DNA from: an uncultured virus (IMG/VR IMGVR_UViG_3300020185_000029) | Lineage: Duplodnaviria > Heunggongvirae > Uroviricota > Caudoviricetes | Strand: one strand, 5' to 3' | DNA: 20,000 bases | Virus record (IMG/VR): IMGVR_UViG_3300020185_000029 | Location: 58,183 to 78,182 of that record | Part shown: piece by piece, positions 9,201 through 16,939 of the stretch | How the letters are laid out: each line of letters opens with the position of its first letter | How positions within the stretch are numbered: position 1 is the first letter of the stretch | The notes under the pieces: generated by a model | Database searches by the model: none | Told to the model about the DNA's origin: nothing | What the model saw: the letters and a program-made list of their open reading frames with translations, nothing else | Position numbers and translations under genes: made by a program

Positions 9201-9227
9201 ATTACATTTAATGTGACTTTATGTGAA
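9201..9227 (-). promoter_or_regulatory. Putative late promoter TTCACAT-N14-TGTAAT
   Basis: TTCACAT at 9227-9221 and TGTAAT at 9206-9201, followed by 9 nt and the portal ATG at 9191. Confidence 0.7.
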
Positions 9228-9230
9228 AGA

Positions 9231-11135
9231 TTAGAACATCATAGGAGGAACCCAAGTAGATACCTCTTCTTCGTCCGTTTCGTTAAGTAATTGATAGCAT
9301 TTTCTGCCCCAATTTGCAAGTAAAAGTGACGAATAGCTATCCTTCCTTGGCTTATCTGGCGTATTCATCTTTCTCATTGTTGTTGGCAAATCAAAAGTTT
9401 GATGCCCTTGAGCAGACGCAATCATTTTAACATTTGCGCATTCTGTTTTGGATTGTGATATTAATCTGACTTGATGTTCAACGAAATCATACTGCTTTTT
9501 TTTCAACCAATCTTCTTCATTGAAGTTGTCCTCATTTTCCTGTCCATATATATAATATATTTTATCCATAGGAATATCCTTTTTCCTTACCATGCTCTCA
9601 AATTCGCTGTCAATAGGAGCAGATGCGAAGAATAGCTTTCCCCTGTCAAAGCACATTTGCATATACTCATTAGCCTCTCTAATCCATCCAGTATTAAAGT
9701 TTTGAATATGCACAATCTTTCTAGAGCCTAAATCATAAGAGTACTTACTATTTCTGACATCTTTTTCCGAATCAAACTTAGCTTCGAAGTCTTCCAGTTT
9801 TAAATTCCTGTCTTTAAATAAAGATGAATTATTCCAAGTATCTAAAGATTGTCTAGCGCCAGCGAAATCCATACAAATATATTCGATATTAAAATGGGTG
9901 ATCAAATAAATTATATAATTAATAATATTTTCTGCCTCAAGTCCTGCGACCGCATAGTTATGTACCAAAGTCCCTTTATTCTCCTTACCTCTTTCCACTT
10001 TAAGCAAAGACATTGCATAGTTGTCACTAGTTTCTGAATTGCTAAAATTAGGGTCAATCCCAAGAATATAAAAATACTTAGAAGGGTCATCTCCCTTTAT
10101 CTCAACATGAGGATATTCTCCTGGCTCCAAAGTTCTCTTCGCCATGACAGACATCTTGAAATAAGATGCTGAGTCTGGAGAGAACTGAGCTTCATACTCT
10201 CTTCTAAATGAATCCTCAGACATTGACTCCTGTTCCCTTAATACAAATGTCTTCGACAATAATTCTGGTGGATGCGCTTCCCAACCCAAGTTGACAATAC
10301 CGTATGTAATCTCCCCTTCTTCTCTATCTATATTTGGGCTTAGAATCTTATCCCTATAACTTTCAAATCTTTTATAGAATGACTCAAATTCATAACAAGC
10401 AGAAGATAGCATTATCATCTTATTATTAGGGAATTTACGTCTCTCGCTATCTTTCATTTTCCCGCTTTTCACCAACTTATCCTCTATCTTTTTGGTTTCA
10501 ACTCTCTCCGAAATATTCGCATTGACAATCATCATCGGCCCAATAACCTCATCAATGATGTTTTGAGGAATAGCAAAAGCCTCATCGAGGATAATTACTT
10601 GCGCTCTAGCTCCACGAATTTTCTTACCATCACCCAATGCCATAGCAAAAATCTCTGACTCTGGACCAAATATACCAGTTCCAATTTTTATGGAATATCT
10701 ATCTGGATCTCTCTTATAACTCTTGTCGGTTAGAAATTGTCGCAGTAAGAAAGCATTAGGCTTTTTGGATATATCCATTATGTAATTCAATAGAGTCTTA
10801 GCCTGCCTTAAGGTAGGACCCAGTACTAGAATCTTAATCCCAGGATGAGTAATGGCATATATTAGGGCAAATACTGCTGTAGTAAAGGTTTTGGCTCCAC
10901 CTCTAGCACTTACATCTAAGGTGAAGTCTCTCTTGGCTAAGACAGCCATTTTGGCTATTTGAAAGCTAAATAGATTCTCTCCACCAGTAAGCATATTGTA
11001 AAGTAGACCTGGTTTTGATGCTAAGAGCCTTGCAACCATATCAGAAGCTTCAGCTTCAGTTAGGTCTCCTTCGACCTTAAGCATCTCGTCTATTACGTCG
11101 GGGGCTTCTAGCCCAAAGTTTCCTTTTTCAATCAT
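9231..11135 (-). CDS. terL: Terminase large subunit
   Basis: Walker A-like SARGGAKT, 'GPTLRQAK', 'IRGARA' plus Walker B VIILDE, coupling motif 'MLSSA', 'FRREYEAQF', RNase H-like 'ILGIDP', 'ICMD' and C-terminal 'KDSYSS'. Confidence 0.93.
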   Translation of the reverse strand: MIEKGNFGLEAPDVIDEMLKVEGDLTEAEASDMVARLLASKPGLLYNMLTGGENLFSFQIAKMAVLAKRDFTLDVSARGGAKTFTTAVFALIYAITHPGIKILVLGPTLRQAKTLLNYIMDISKKPNAFLLRQFLTDKSYKRDPDRYSIKIGTGIFGPESEIFAMALGDGKKIRGARAQVIILDEAFAIPQNIIDEVIGPMMIVNANISERVETKKIEDKLVKSGKMKDSERRKFPNNKMIMLSSACYEFESFYKRFESYRDKILSPNIDREEGEITYGIVNLGWEAHPPELLSKTFVLREQESMSEDSFRREYEAQFSPDSASYFKMSVMAKRTLEPGEYPHVEIKGDDPSKYFYILGIDPNFSNSETSDNYAMSLLKVERGKENKGTLVHNYAVAGLEAENIINYIIYLITHFNIEYICMDFAGARQSLDTWNNSSLFKDRNLKLEDFEAKFDSEKDVRNSKYSYDLGSRKIVHIQNFNTGWIREANEYMQMCFDRGKLFFASAPIDSEFESMVRKKDIPMDKIYYIYGQENEDNFNEEDWLKKKQYDFVEHQVRLISQSKTECANVKMIASAQGHQTFDLPTTMRKMNTPDKPRKDSYSSLLLANWGRKCYQLLNETDEEEVSTWVPPMMF

Positions 11136-12037
11136 TTTATTTTTTTAGTATCTAAAAGATACTGTAGGTCATACATTTTTGCCTTTTCACCTATTAAGCC
11201 TATCTTCTTGATTAAGTATTCACTTTGATCTCTGCCACCAGAAAAAACAAACTGTACGTTATCATAAGTCTGCAGCATCTTTCTAATTCTATGAAAAATA
11301 AATTTAGATGTTGATTTAGAGTATCTCTTATTGAAGTTGTAACCAGTAGCTTTACTATAAGCATAATCGATCATAACTATGACATATGCTCCAGAATCTT
11401 TAGCTCTTTCAATTTCTCTACAGAATCTATCATAGCCTTTAGACATTGTACCCCACAAATCTGTAATAGACTTCCTTTCGAAGAATATATTACAAAAGTA
11501 GGGTTCATTTATAAATCCATAATCTCCAAAATCAAACTTATGCTTTATAGTTTTAATTCCCTTGAAATCTAATCTATCCTTCTCTCTTGTATCGATTCCT
11601 ATGATAGCTTCGTCCAGATTATCAAATTTATAATCTACTTCCTCATAAATGAATCTTTGTTTTAGGTTTAAGCCTTCCCATACGATATCCTCCTTGATAT
11701 AAGGATATGCATTTATTGATGGAACTTCTTTTAAGCTTCTGCTCTCCACTTGAGATGGTACGAACTGCAGCTCGTCCTTTTCTTTTCTAAATTTAAATCT
11801 ATTTTTTATAAAATTCAAAGAAGTTTCTTTATCTTGAATCTTGAGCCATTTACTCATATTTCTCTTATCATTAAAATATGTAGACAAATAACTGGCCCTA
11901 TCTTTATACTTTATAACCTCATTAGAATATAAATCATATCGTGGTTCAAATTTTTCAAAGTATTCCGCCATCAAGATCTTCTCTCTGCGCAAATACTTTT
12001 TAAACTCTGCTTCTGTTTTAAACTCTGAGTATCTCAT
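11132..12037 (-). CDS. ERCC4/XPF-type nuclease domain protein
   Basis: The C-terminal half has the ERCC4 signature IDTRE...GDY...ERKSITDL...RF.REIER. The N-terminal ~140 aa is unassigned. Confidence 0.8.
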   Translation of the reverse strand: MRYSEFKTEAEFKKYLRREKILMAEYFEKFEPRYDLYSNEVIKYKDRASYLSTYFNDKRNMSKWLKIQDKETSLNFIKNRFKFRKEKDELQFVPSQVESRSLKEVPSINAYPYIKEDIVWEGLNLKQRFIYEEVDYKFDNLDEAIIGIDTREKDRLDFKGIKTIKHKFDFGDYGFINEPYFCNIFFERKSITDLWGTMSKGYDRFCREIERAKDSGAYVIVMIDYAYSKATGYNFNKRYSKSTSKFIFHRIRKMLQTYDNVQFVFSGGRDQSEYLIKKIGLIGEKAKMYDLQYLLDTKKIK

Positions 12038-13122
12038 TATTGATTAATAATTTCAGATTTAGTTATGCCCAATATTCTAGATACATATTCATCCATATCA
12101 TCTAAACTATCTATGTCTTTAGATAGAACTTCGTCCTTTCTCTTTTGCATCTTTAGAATTTGCTTTCTCTCCTTTTCTTTCATAAACTTTTCAATAATCG
12201 AAAGAATTGTAACATTGTCTGGAGACTTGTCCTTTAACCTTTGCGTTCTAGTTCCCTCCAAACTTTTTTGAAGCTTCTCTATTCGACCCATACACTTGTC
12301 CCTATTCTGTATCTGCTTGTCAATACTCTCAACTAAGGTATATTGGATCTTGTCATCATTACGCATCGAAACCTCCATCATTTCTTTAAGTTCCATTTGA
12401 TGGTTTTTGATTTGATCTAAGTGAACTCTCTCGCCTGCCAAGTCAATATACTGGGATATTTCTCCAGATGTAAGATCCTCCTTGTCCCAAGTATCGCATA
12501 TAAAGCTTTCCAAGAATCTCTCCCTTTCTATCTCCTCCTTAAAGTTTTCCATAGTATGTCTAACGCCCACTCTTTTTAAGTTGACGCACAAACCTTCTAT
12601 GGACTCAATTTGATGATCTTTAAGTTTTTTCTCTTCAAGCTTAGCTCCAGTGAATTTATTGATAATCATCAAAGCTGAAGATACACTGTCAGGGTTCTGA
12701 AATTTAGCCTGCTTACCCTGTTTGTTGGCAGATGCCCCAATTTCATTTAAAAACCTCGCTATGGCTACTCCTGGCCTGCTAAAAGCTACCCTACGCAGTT
12801 CAATGTCTCTAAGTTCTTCAAAAAGCTCTAGAGCAAGCTCAGTGGTTGACATTTTCTCGAAATTAAATCTAAGAAATTCTTTTTGTTTGTCAGTTAATTG
12901 AAAGGCTTCGTATTCTGCACTGTTGACGCTTCTAACCTGCGGCTTTACGTTCAAGTCTTCTGACAAAAACTTTTTTACAGCCATACCTTCCAAAGATCTT
13001 CCATCCTTTCCCTTATCCCCAGTTATAGAAATTGTAATACTTTTAACATCGTATTCAAGCTCCTCTGCATTTTTCTTAATCCATTCCTTCTGAGAGTCTG
13101 TTAATGTAAATTTATTTTTCAT
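12037..13122 (-). CDS. Putative terminase small subunit / DNA-binding coiled-coil protein
   Basis: 361 aa upstream of TerL. It has two N-terminal HTH-like repeats (LTDSQKEWIKKN, LTDKQKEFLRFN) and a C-terminal coiled coil ending 'LEGTRTQR'. Function is inferred from position and architecture. Confidence 0.5.
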   Translation of the reverse strand: MKNKFTLTDSQKEWIKKNAEELEYDVKSITISITGDKGKDGRSLEGMAVKKFLSEDLNVKPQVRSVNSAEYEAFQLTDKQKEFLRFNFEKMSTTELALELFEELRDIELRRVAFSRPGVAIARFLNEIGASANKQGKQAKFQNPDSVSSALMIINKFTGAKLEEKKLKDHQIESIEGLCVNLKRVGVRHTMENFKEEIERERFLESFICDTWDKEDLTSGEISQYIDLAGERVHLDQIKNHQMELKEMMEVSMRNDDKIQYTLVESIDKQIQNRDKCMGRIEKLQKSLEGTRTQRLKDKSPDNVTILSIIEKFMKEKERKQILKMQKRKDEVLSKDIDSLDDMDEYVSRILGITKSEIINQ

Positions 13123-13817
13123 ACAAAATCGTAGTCTTCATTGGTTAAAAGTTCTTTTGCTATTTCTTTAATTATTTTTCTATGTAAAGATAGGTTCCTA
13201 TATCCTGGATTTCTATTTCTCTCGCTAGTAGTATATCCTAGCTTTCTTGATATATCGTTATCATCTTTTTTTTGTAGATAAGTCATGTCAAATATCTTTA
13301 ATGTAGTAGAAGTCATCTTATACTTTTCATTTTTAATGCGATCAAGTATCTCCAATCTAATTGAAGACAGAAACTTTTCGTAATCTATATTTGAGTCTTC
13401 GACTTTAGATATCTCCAAAAAATCAGAGTCAATATCGGTTGCAGTCTTTATTTCATAAGCACTTTTCTTGCCTTTTGTCCATTGATTGAACTTACTGCAC
13501 TCAACAGACTGAGTCTTACTCTCTGTGAATCCACATGAATCACCACCATTGTTAAAAAAACAATCAGAGCAAGGTTTACTATGATTGGTAAATAGATTCC
13601 TCTTCTTGTTAATAAGTTGGTTATGAATAACTCTAGAACACCAAGGATCAAAAGGTTCGGATTGCTTCCATTGCTGGAATTTAAGATAAATGTGAAGTTT
13701 CACATCTTGCTTAAAGTCTTCAAATTCATAGTGTCTAATTACATCAAGATTCCACTTGTTTCTATATCTAATTAGTAATTTTTCTATATTAGGCTCAACG
13801 TCTTCAAAAATCATCAT
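13119..13817 (-). CDS. Phage RNA polymerase sigma factor (sigma70 family, regions 2 and 4)
   Basis: Region 2-like 'FEDFKQDVKLHIYLKFQQW...FDPWCSRVIHNQLINKKR' and region 4-like 'MTSTTLKIFDMTYLQKKDDNDISRKLGY', with a Cys4 insert in the linker. Confidence 0.8.
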   Translation of the reverse strand: MMIFEDVEPNIEKLLIRYRNKWNLDVIRHYEFEDFKQDVKLHIYLKFQQWKQSEPFDPWCSRVIHNQLINKKRNLFTNHSKPCSDCFFNNGGDSCGFTESKTQSVECSKFNQWTKGKKSAYEIKTATDIDSDFLEISKVEDSNIDYEKFLSSIRLEILDRIKNEKYKMTSTTLKIFDMTYLQKKDDNDISRKLGYTTSERNRNPGYRNLSLHRKIIKEIAKELLTNEDYDFV

Positions 13818-14137
13818 TACGCTTCGTCAATTGAATTCCGTTTCATTCTGACTCTTAGCTCATCAATGTTTGCAAAGGACGTTTTTCTACTTACTTTTTT
13901 TGGCTCGCCACTTTCGTTGGAACCTATAACGTTTTCGATTTTTAGAACAGAATCATCTTCATTCGAAAAATCAAAGTCTAGGCTTGATAGAGAAAACTCA
14001 TCTATTTCATCAGCCTCCTCGAACACTTCTTTCTTTATAGTTTTAACGCCAAATGCGTTTCCGCATTCAGCACAAAATTTAGGGTAGGAACCATTAGATG
14101 GCTTTACCTTTGAACCGCAGTCTGTACAAAATTTCAT
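13817..14137 (-). CDS. Zinc-ribbon protein with acidic central tract
   Basis: FCTDCG...FCAECG at the N-terminus, then a D/E-rich stretch. It is TAATG-coupled to the sigma gene. Confidence 0.75.
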   Translation of the reverse strand: MKFCTDCGSKVKPSNGSYPKFCAECGNAFGVKTIKKEVFEEADEIDEFSLSSLDFDFSNEDDSVLKIENVIGSNESGEPKKVSRKTSFANIDELRVRMKRNSIDEA

Positions 14138-14143
14138 ATATTA

Positions 14144-14172
14144 TATATATGCTTTTTTATTTAAAAAAACAA
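14144..14172 (-). promoter_or_regulatory. Possible host sigma70-type promoter of the sigma/terminase operon
   Basis: TTGTTT (14172-14167)-N17-TATATA (14149-14144), ending 6 nt before the ATG at 14137. The AT-rich context makes a chance match plausible. Confidence 0.3.
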
Positions 14173-14259
14173 TTTTTAAAATTAAAGCAGATTATTTTCT
14201 ACCTAAAGGCAGAGCCTTTGAATTGAGCAGAGTCTTAACTACTATCAAATAACTGCCTA

Positions 14260-14583
14260 TTAACGACCTGGCAGATTGTTGTTATCTAATGGAAGTGTAC
14301 CAAACATCCAAATAAATCCAGCAACTAATGTTCCAATTATTGCTGTCGTTATAGTCCATACGACAGATCGAATGGTCTTCGTTGTATCTTCAACGTGAGA
14401 TAGGTCTCTCTCAATTAGCCTCAATCGGTCATCCTGGTGAACCATTCTCTTAAGAATAATTTTAGTAGAGTCGTCCAAAGAAGATATTCTCTCTTCAGCA
14501 CGAGCTATAGATACAATAGCTTCCGCTACTTTGTCTATCTTCTCTTCAATGCGGTCTAATCGATTGTTTTCGTTTATATTCAT
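14260..14583 (-). CDS. Coiled-coil protein with C-terminal TM helix (XhlA/holin-like)
   Basis: Heptad N-terminus (RLDRIEEKIDKVAEAIVSIARAEERI) and one hydrophobic segment (VVWTITTAIIGTLVAGFIWMF). A TGTAAT box lies at 14609-14604. Confidence 0.55.
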   Translation of the reverse strand: MNINENNRLDRIEEKIDKVAEAIVSIARAEERISSLDDSTKIILKRMVHQDDRLRLIERDLSHVEDTTKTIRSVVWTITTAIIGTLVAGFIWMFGTLPLDNNNLPGR

Positions 14584-14620
14584 GCAATATGTATGTAGTG
14601 TGTATTACACTAATTTTACA

Positions 14621-15169
14621 TTAAATAGCTTTTTTTAAATAATCTTTTAATAAAAACATTCTATCTTTATTATAGGGATTTTTAGAGTCTATGGCACATT
14701 CAAGTACCACCTCAGCCTCTTCAGTTCTTCTTAACATAAAATTTTTAGTGTTTTCTAAAAAATATAAAATCTCTTTTGAATGTAAAACTAAAGTATCCTT
14801 AACTGGCTTTCCTAGGTGACCGCATAAGAAGTGTGAAATTTCCTTAGATTTAAAAACCACCTGTGGATAGTATCTTTCTCCCACTTGCAATATCTTGAAA
14901 GATCCGAACCAGTCAAATATAGCTGCCAAATATTTTATATCTACATCTGGTTGAATTGCTGGGATAAGCATATTTTCCATACAGGATTGGTGATACTCTT
15001 TATATTTGAAGACTGGCGAATGTTCTTTGTTTAAATTGATATCTACAACGCAATCGTTGCCTTGTATCTCTAAATCGAATGCGCTTGCAACTTCATTGCA
15101 TCCGCAAATAATACCATTACATCCATCCACCTTCCCATTAAAGTCTATTAGGGCGGATAAGTAGCTCAT
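14621..15169 (-). CDS. Degenerate LAGLIDADG-like protein
   Basis: Two LAGLIDADG-like helices (YLSALIDFNG, YLAAIFDWFG) and a C-terminus resembling the family end ('ILYFLENTKNFMLRRTEEAEVVLE'). Confidence 0.55.
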   Translation of the reverse strand: MSYLSALIDFNGKVDGCNGIICGCNEVASAFDLEIQGNDCVVDINLNKEHSPVFKYKEYHQSCMENMLIPAIQPDVDIKYLAAIFDWFGSFKILQVGERYYPQVVFKSKEISHFLCGHLGKPVKDTLVLHSKEILYFLENTKNFMLRRTEEAEVVLECAIDSKNPYNKDRMFLLKDYLKKAI

Positions 15170-16510
15170 TTATCTAGATACCTCTTCCCAGTCCAGAGAT
15201 CCAAAAATATCTGCACTACCAGTATCAGAAGAGCATACTAAAGCTAGTTCGTAATTAGTTCCATTGAAAGAATCTCTCTCTAATTGGAACTTGAATAAAG
15301 CGTTTTTTAGAAGATCCACCGAATTTGAACCTTGGTTAGATCCTTGAGTATACCCAGCGGCCAGTATTCTGCCGCCAGTGACTGCAGTTGCGTCGAGCTT
15401 ATATTCGACAGAGCTGTCAGCTCCTGATGAAATCCAGGTTCCCGTTCCACCAGAGGAAACAGTGGAAGCTACCAGCTCCCATCTGTAGTTTACATTGCCA
15501 GCAGTGGGCAATATAGACACAGCCGTCAATATGACTACAGCGTCTTGCCTATTAGCCTTTAGCCTTAAAGTTACTACTGGAGTTCTCGTTCCAGCAGTAC
15601 CTAGGACCTTAGGGGCCACTATCGACGTACCAACAGCTTTCTGTAGACCATTTAGCTTATAACCGCCCTCAGAAATCACAGTAGAACATATCTGCTTTAA
15701 AGTGCTACCGCTAGAAGTTGCGGTTTTATTTGTTATTTCGTATCTTAGCGGCAAAGATGCCGTGGTGATATACGTTTGGGCAATTAAATTAGCGTGGTGA
15801 AATTTGTGGCAAATAATAAATTTACCGTCAATAACGAAACCCATTCTCACTGTTCCAATTCCAAGCCACTCTATATCAGCCCATAAGATTTGACCTTTGG
15901 ATGCATCTAAAGTAATTCCAGATTTTCCAGTTCCATCTAATTTGTCTGTGTTCCAATTTTCTTGAGTTATGATGTTTTCATCTACAAAGCCTTCGGTAAA
16001 ATGCCTTTCAACAAAACTGACGATGGAATCGTCCTTTTGAAAATAAAATCCATTTTCTTCTCCAAAATACCCGACTCTTTCTCTCAAACCCTCTTTAGCT
16101 GGATTCATTACAAATGTAGTCATCACCAACAAGCTTTTCCCTGGCTGATATGAGAAAACTCTAGTTGTTTCCCTAAGTACTTGGGAACCAGACGTATTAT
16201 CAACGTTGAGATCCACAAGCCCTTGGTTCGGGTTAAAAACGCCAGAACTATTGGGTCCAGAATGGAATTCCGCCCATAAATTGTTGTCAGAATATCTATG
16301 GCTAGAATCGAAAAGAGTTAAAGGCTCAGACACTCTTAATCTATTGAATGCATCTATATGCGATTCTCCAGCCGAATTAGCAAGAGAGAAGTCCTCAGTG
16401 ATTAAGGGTCTGTAAGCTCCACTTGCTTGATCTAATATATGCGGAATGTTTCCAGCCTGATGGGAAAGCTCGAACATACTGCTAACCGCATTGAATTCTG
16501 TTTTCGGCAT
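15170..16510 (-). CDS. Conserved phage protein, probably virion-associated (DAFxRLRVSxPxTLFDS type)
   Basis: About 446 aa, beta-rich with S/T/G bias. Motifs 'DAFNRLRVSEPLTLFDS', 'YQPGKS', 'EWLGIGTVRMGFVIDG' and 'SLPLRYEI' recall a widespread uncharacterised phage family. The start is moved to the ATG at 16510, 14 nt after a TGTATA box. Confidence 0.65.
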   Translation of the reverse strand: MPKTEFNAVSSMFELSHQAGNIPHILDQASGAYRPLITEDFSLANSAGESHIDAFNRLRVSEPLTLFDSSHRYSDNNLWAEFHSGPNSSGVFNPNQGLVDLNVDNTSGSQVLRETTRVFSYQPGKSLLVMTTFVMNPAKEGLRERVGYFGEENGFYFQKDDSIVSFVERHFTEGFVDENIITQENWNTDKLDGTGKSGITLDASKGQILWADIEWLGIGTVRMGFVIDGKFIICHKFHHANLIAQTYITTASLPLRYEITNKTATSSGSTLKQICSTVISEGGYKLNGLQKAVGTSIVAPKVLGTAGTRTPVVTLRLKANRQDAVVILTAVSILPTAGNVNYRWELVASTVSSGGTGTWISSGADSSVEYKLDATAVTGGRILAAGYTQGSNQGSNSVDLLKNALFKFQLERDSFNGTNYELALVCSSDTGSADIFGSLDWEEVSR

Positions 16511-16549
16511 AGTATTTATATACACCAATTAAGAAAAATAGAGCAAAAA

Positions 16550-16900
16550 CTAGTCGTCCTGCTCTAGAACGAGCTTAAAAGAATCTTGCTGTAATAAAAA
16601 TCCACCAGCCTCTATTAGTAGGAAGTCGTTTATTCCAGGACTTGGTACATCACCAAAGAAACTTCCAAAATTTATAGGCCTAAAACCAGCATCAACAGGT
16701 TCTATCACTTGGCCGCCGAAACCATCAAGCTTTCGATTGTATTCCTGCATCGCATAGATATACATGTGGTAATTTTGAGGAGTACCAGTCGGATATAAAG
16801 GGAAAAAGTCCAATATCCCTGATACGAAATTACCAGAAGTAAATACTTCAAGCGTTTGAGAAGAATGTATGTCGTGTCGTATAGTATGCAGAGTGTCCAT
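16550..16900 (-). CDS. Hypothetical protein with C-terminal LLxExGxxLLQQD motif
   Basis: 116 aa, preceded by TTCGTAT-N15-TGTAAA (16938-16911). It ends FLLIEAGGFLLQQDSFKLVLEQDD. Confidence 0.65.
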   Translation of the reverse strand: MDTLHTIRHDIHSSQTLEVFTSGNFVSGILDFFPLYPTGTPQNYHMYIYAMQEYNRKLDGFGGQVIEPVDAGFRPINFGSFFGDVPSPGINDFLLIEAGGFLLQQDSFKLVLEQDD

Positions 16901-16939
16901 CTATAGTAGATTTACACTGAAAAAAGCCTTTATACGAAT

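Noticed and set aside
9231..11135. Intein or intron in TerL, portal or MCP
   Set aside because: The ORFs are continuous and of ordinary length, with no C...HN intein ends or interrupting stops.
14184..14258. GCAGA(G) triplicate and small AAAGGC-AGA-GCCTTT hairpin in the intergenic gap
   Set aside because: The repeats are too short and irregular, and the hairpin has no U-tract on the minus strand. There is not enough to call a terminator or operator.
210..16415. Plus-strand ORFs antisense to the structural genes (e.g. 210-479, 3850-4368, 4486-4899, 6001-6291, 13866-14087, 16206-16415)
   Set aside because: They fully overlap well-supported minus-strand genes, have no recognisable motifs, and are typical antisense shadows.
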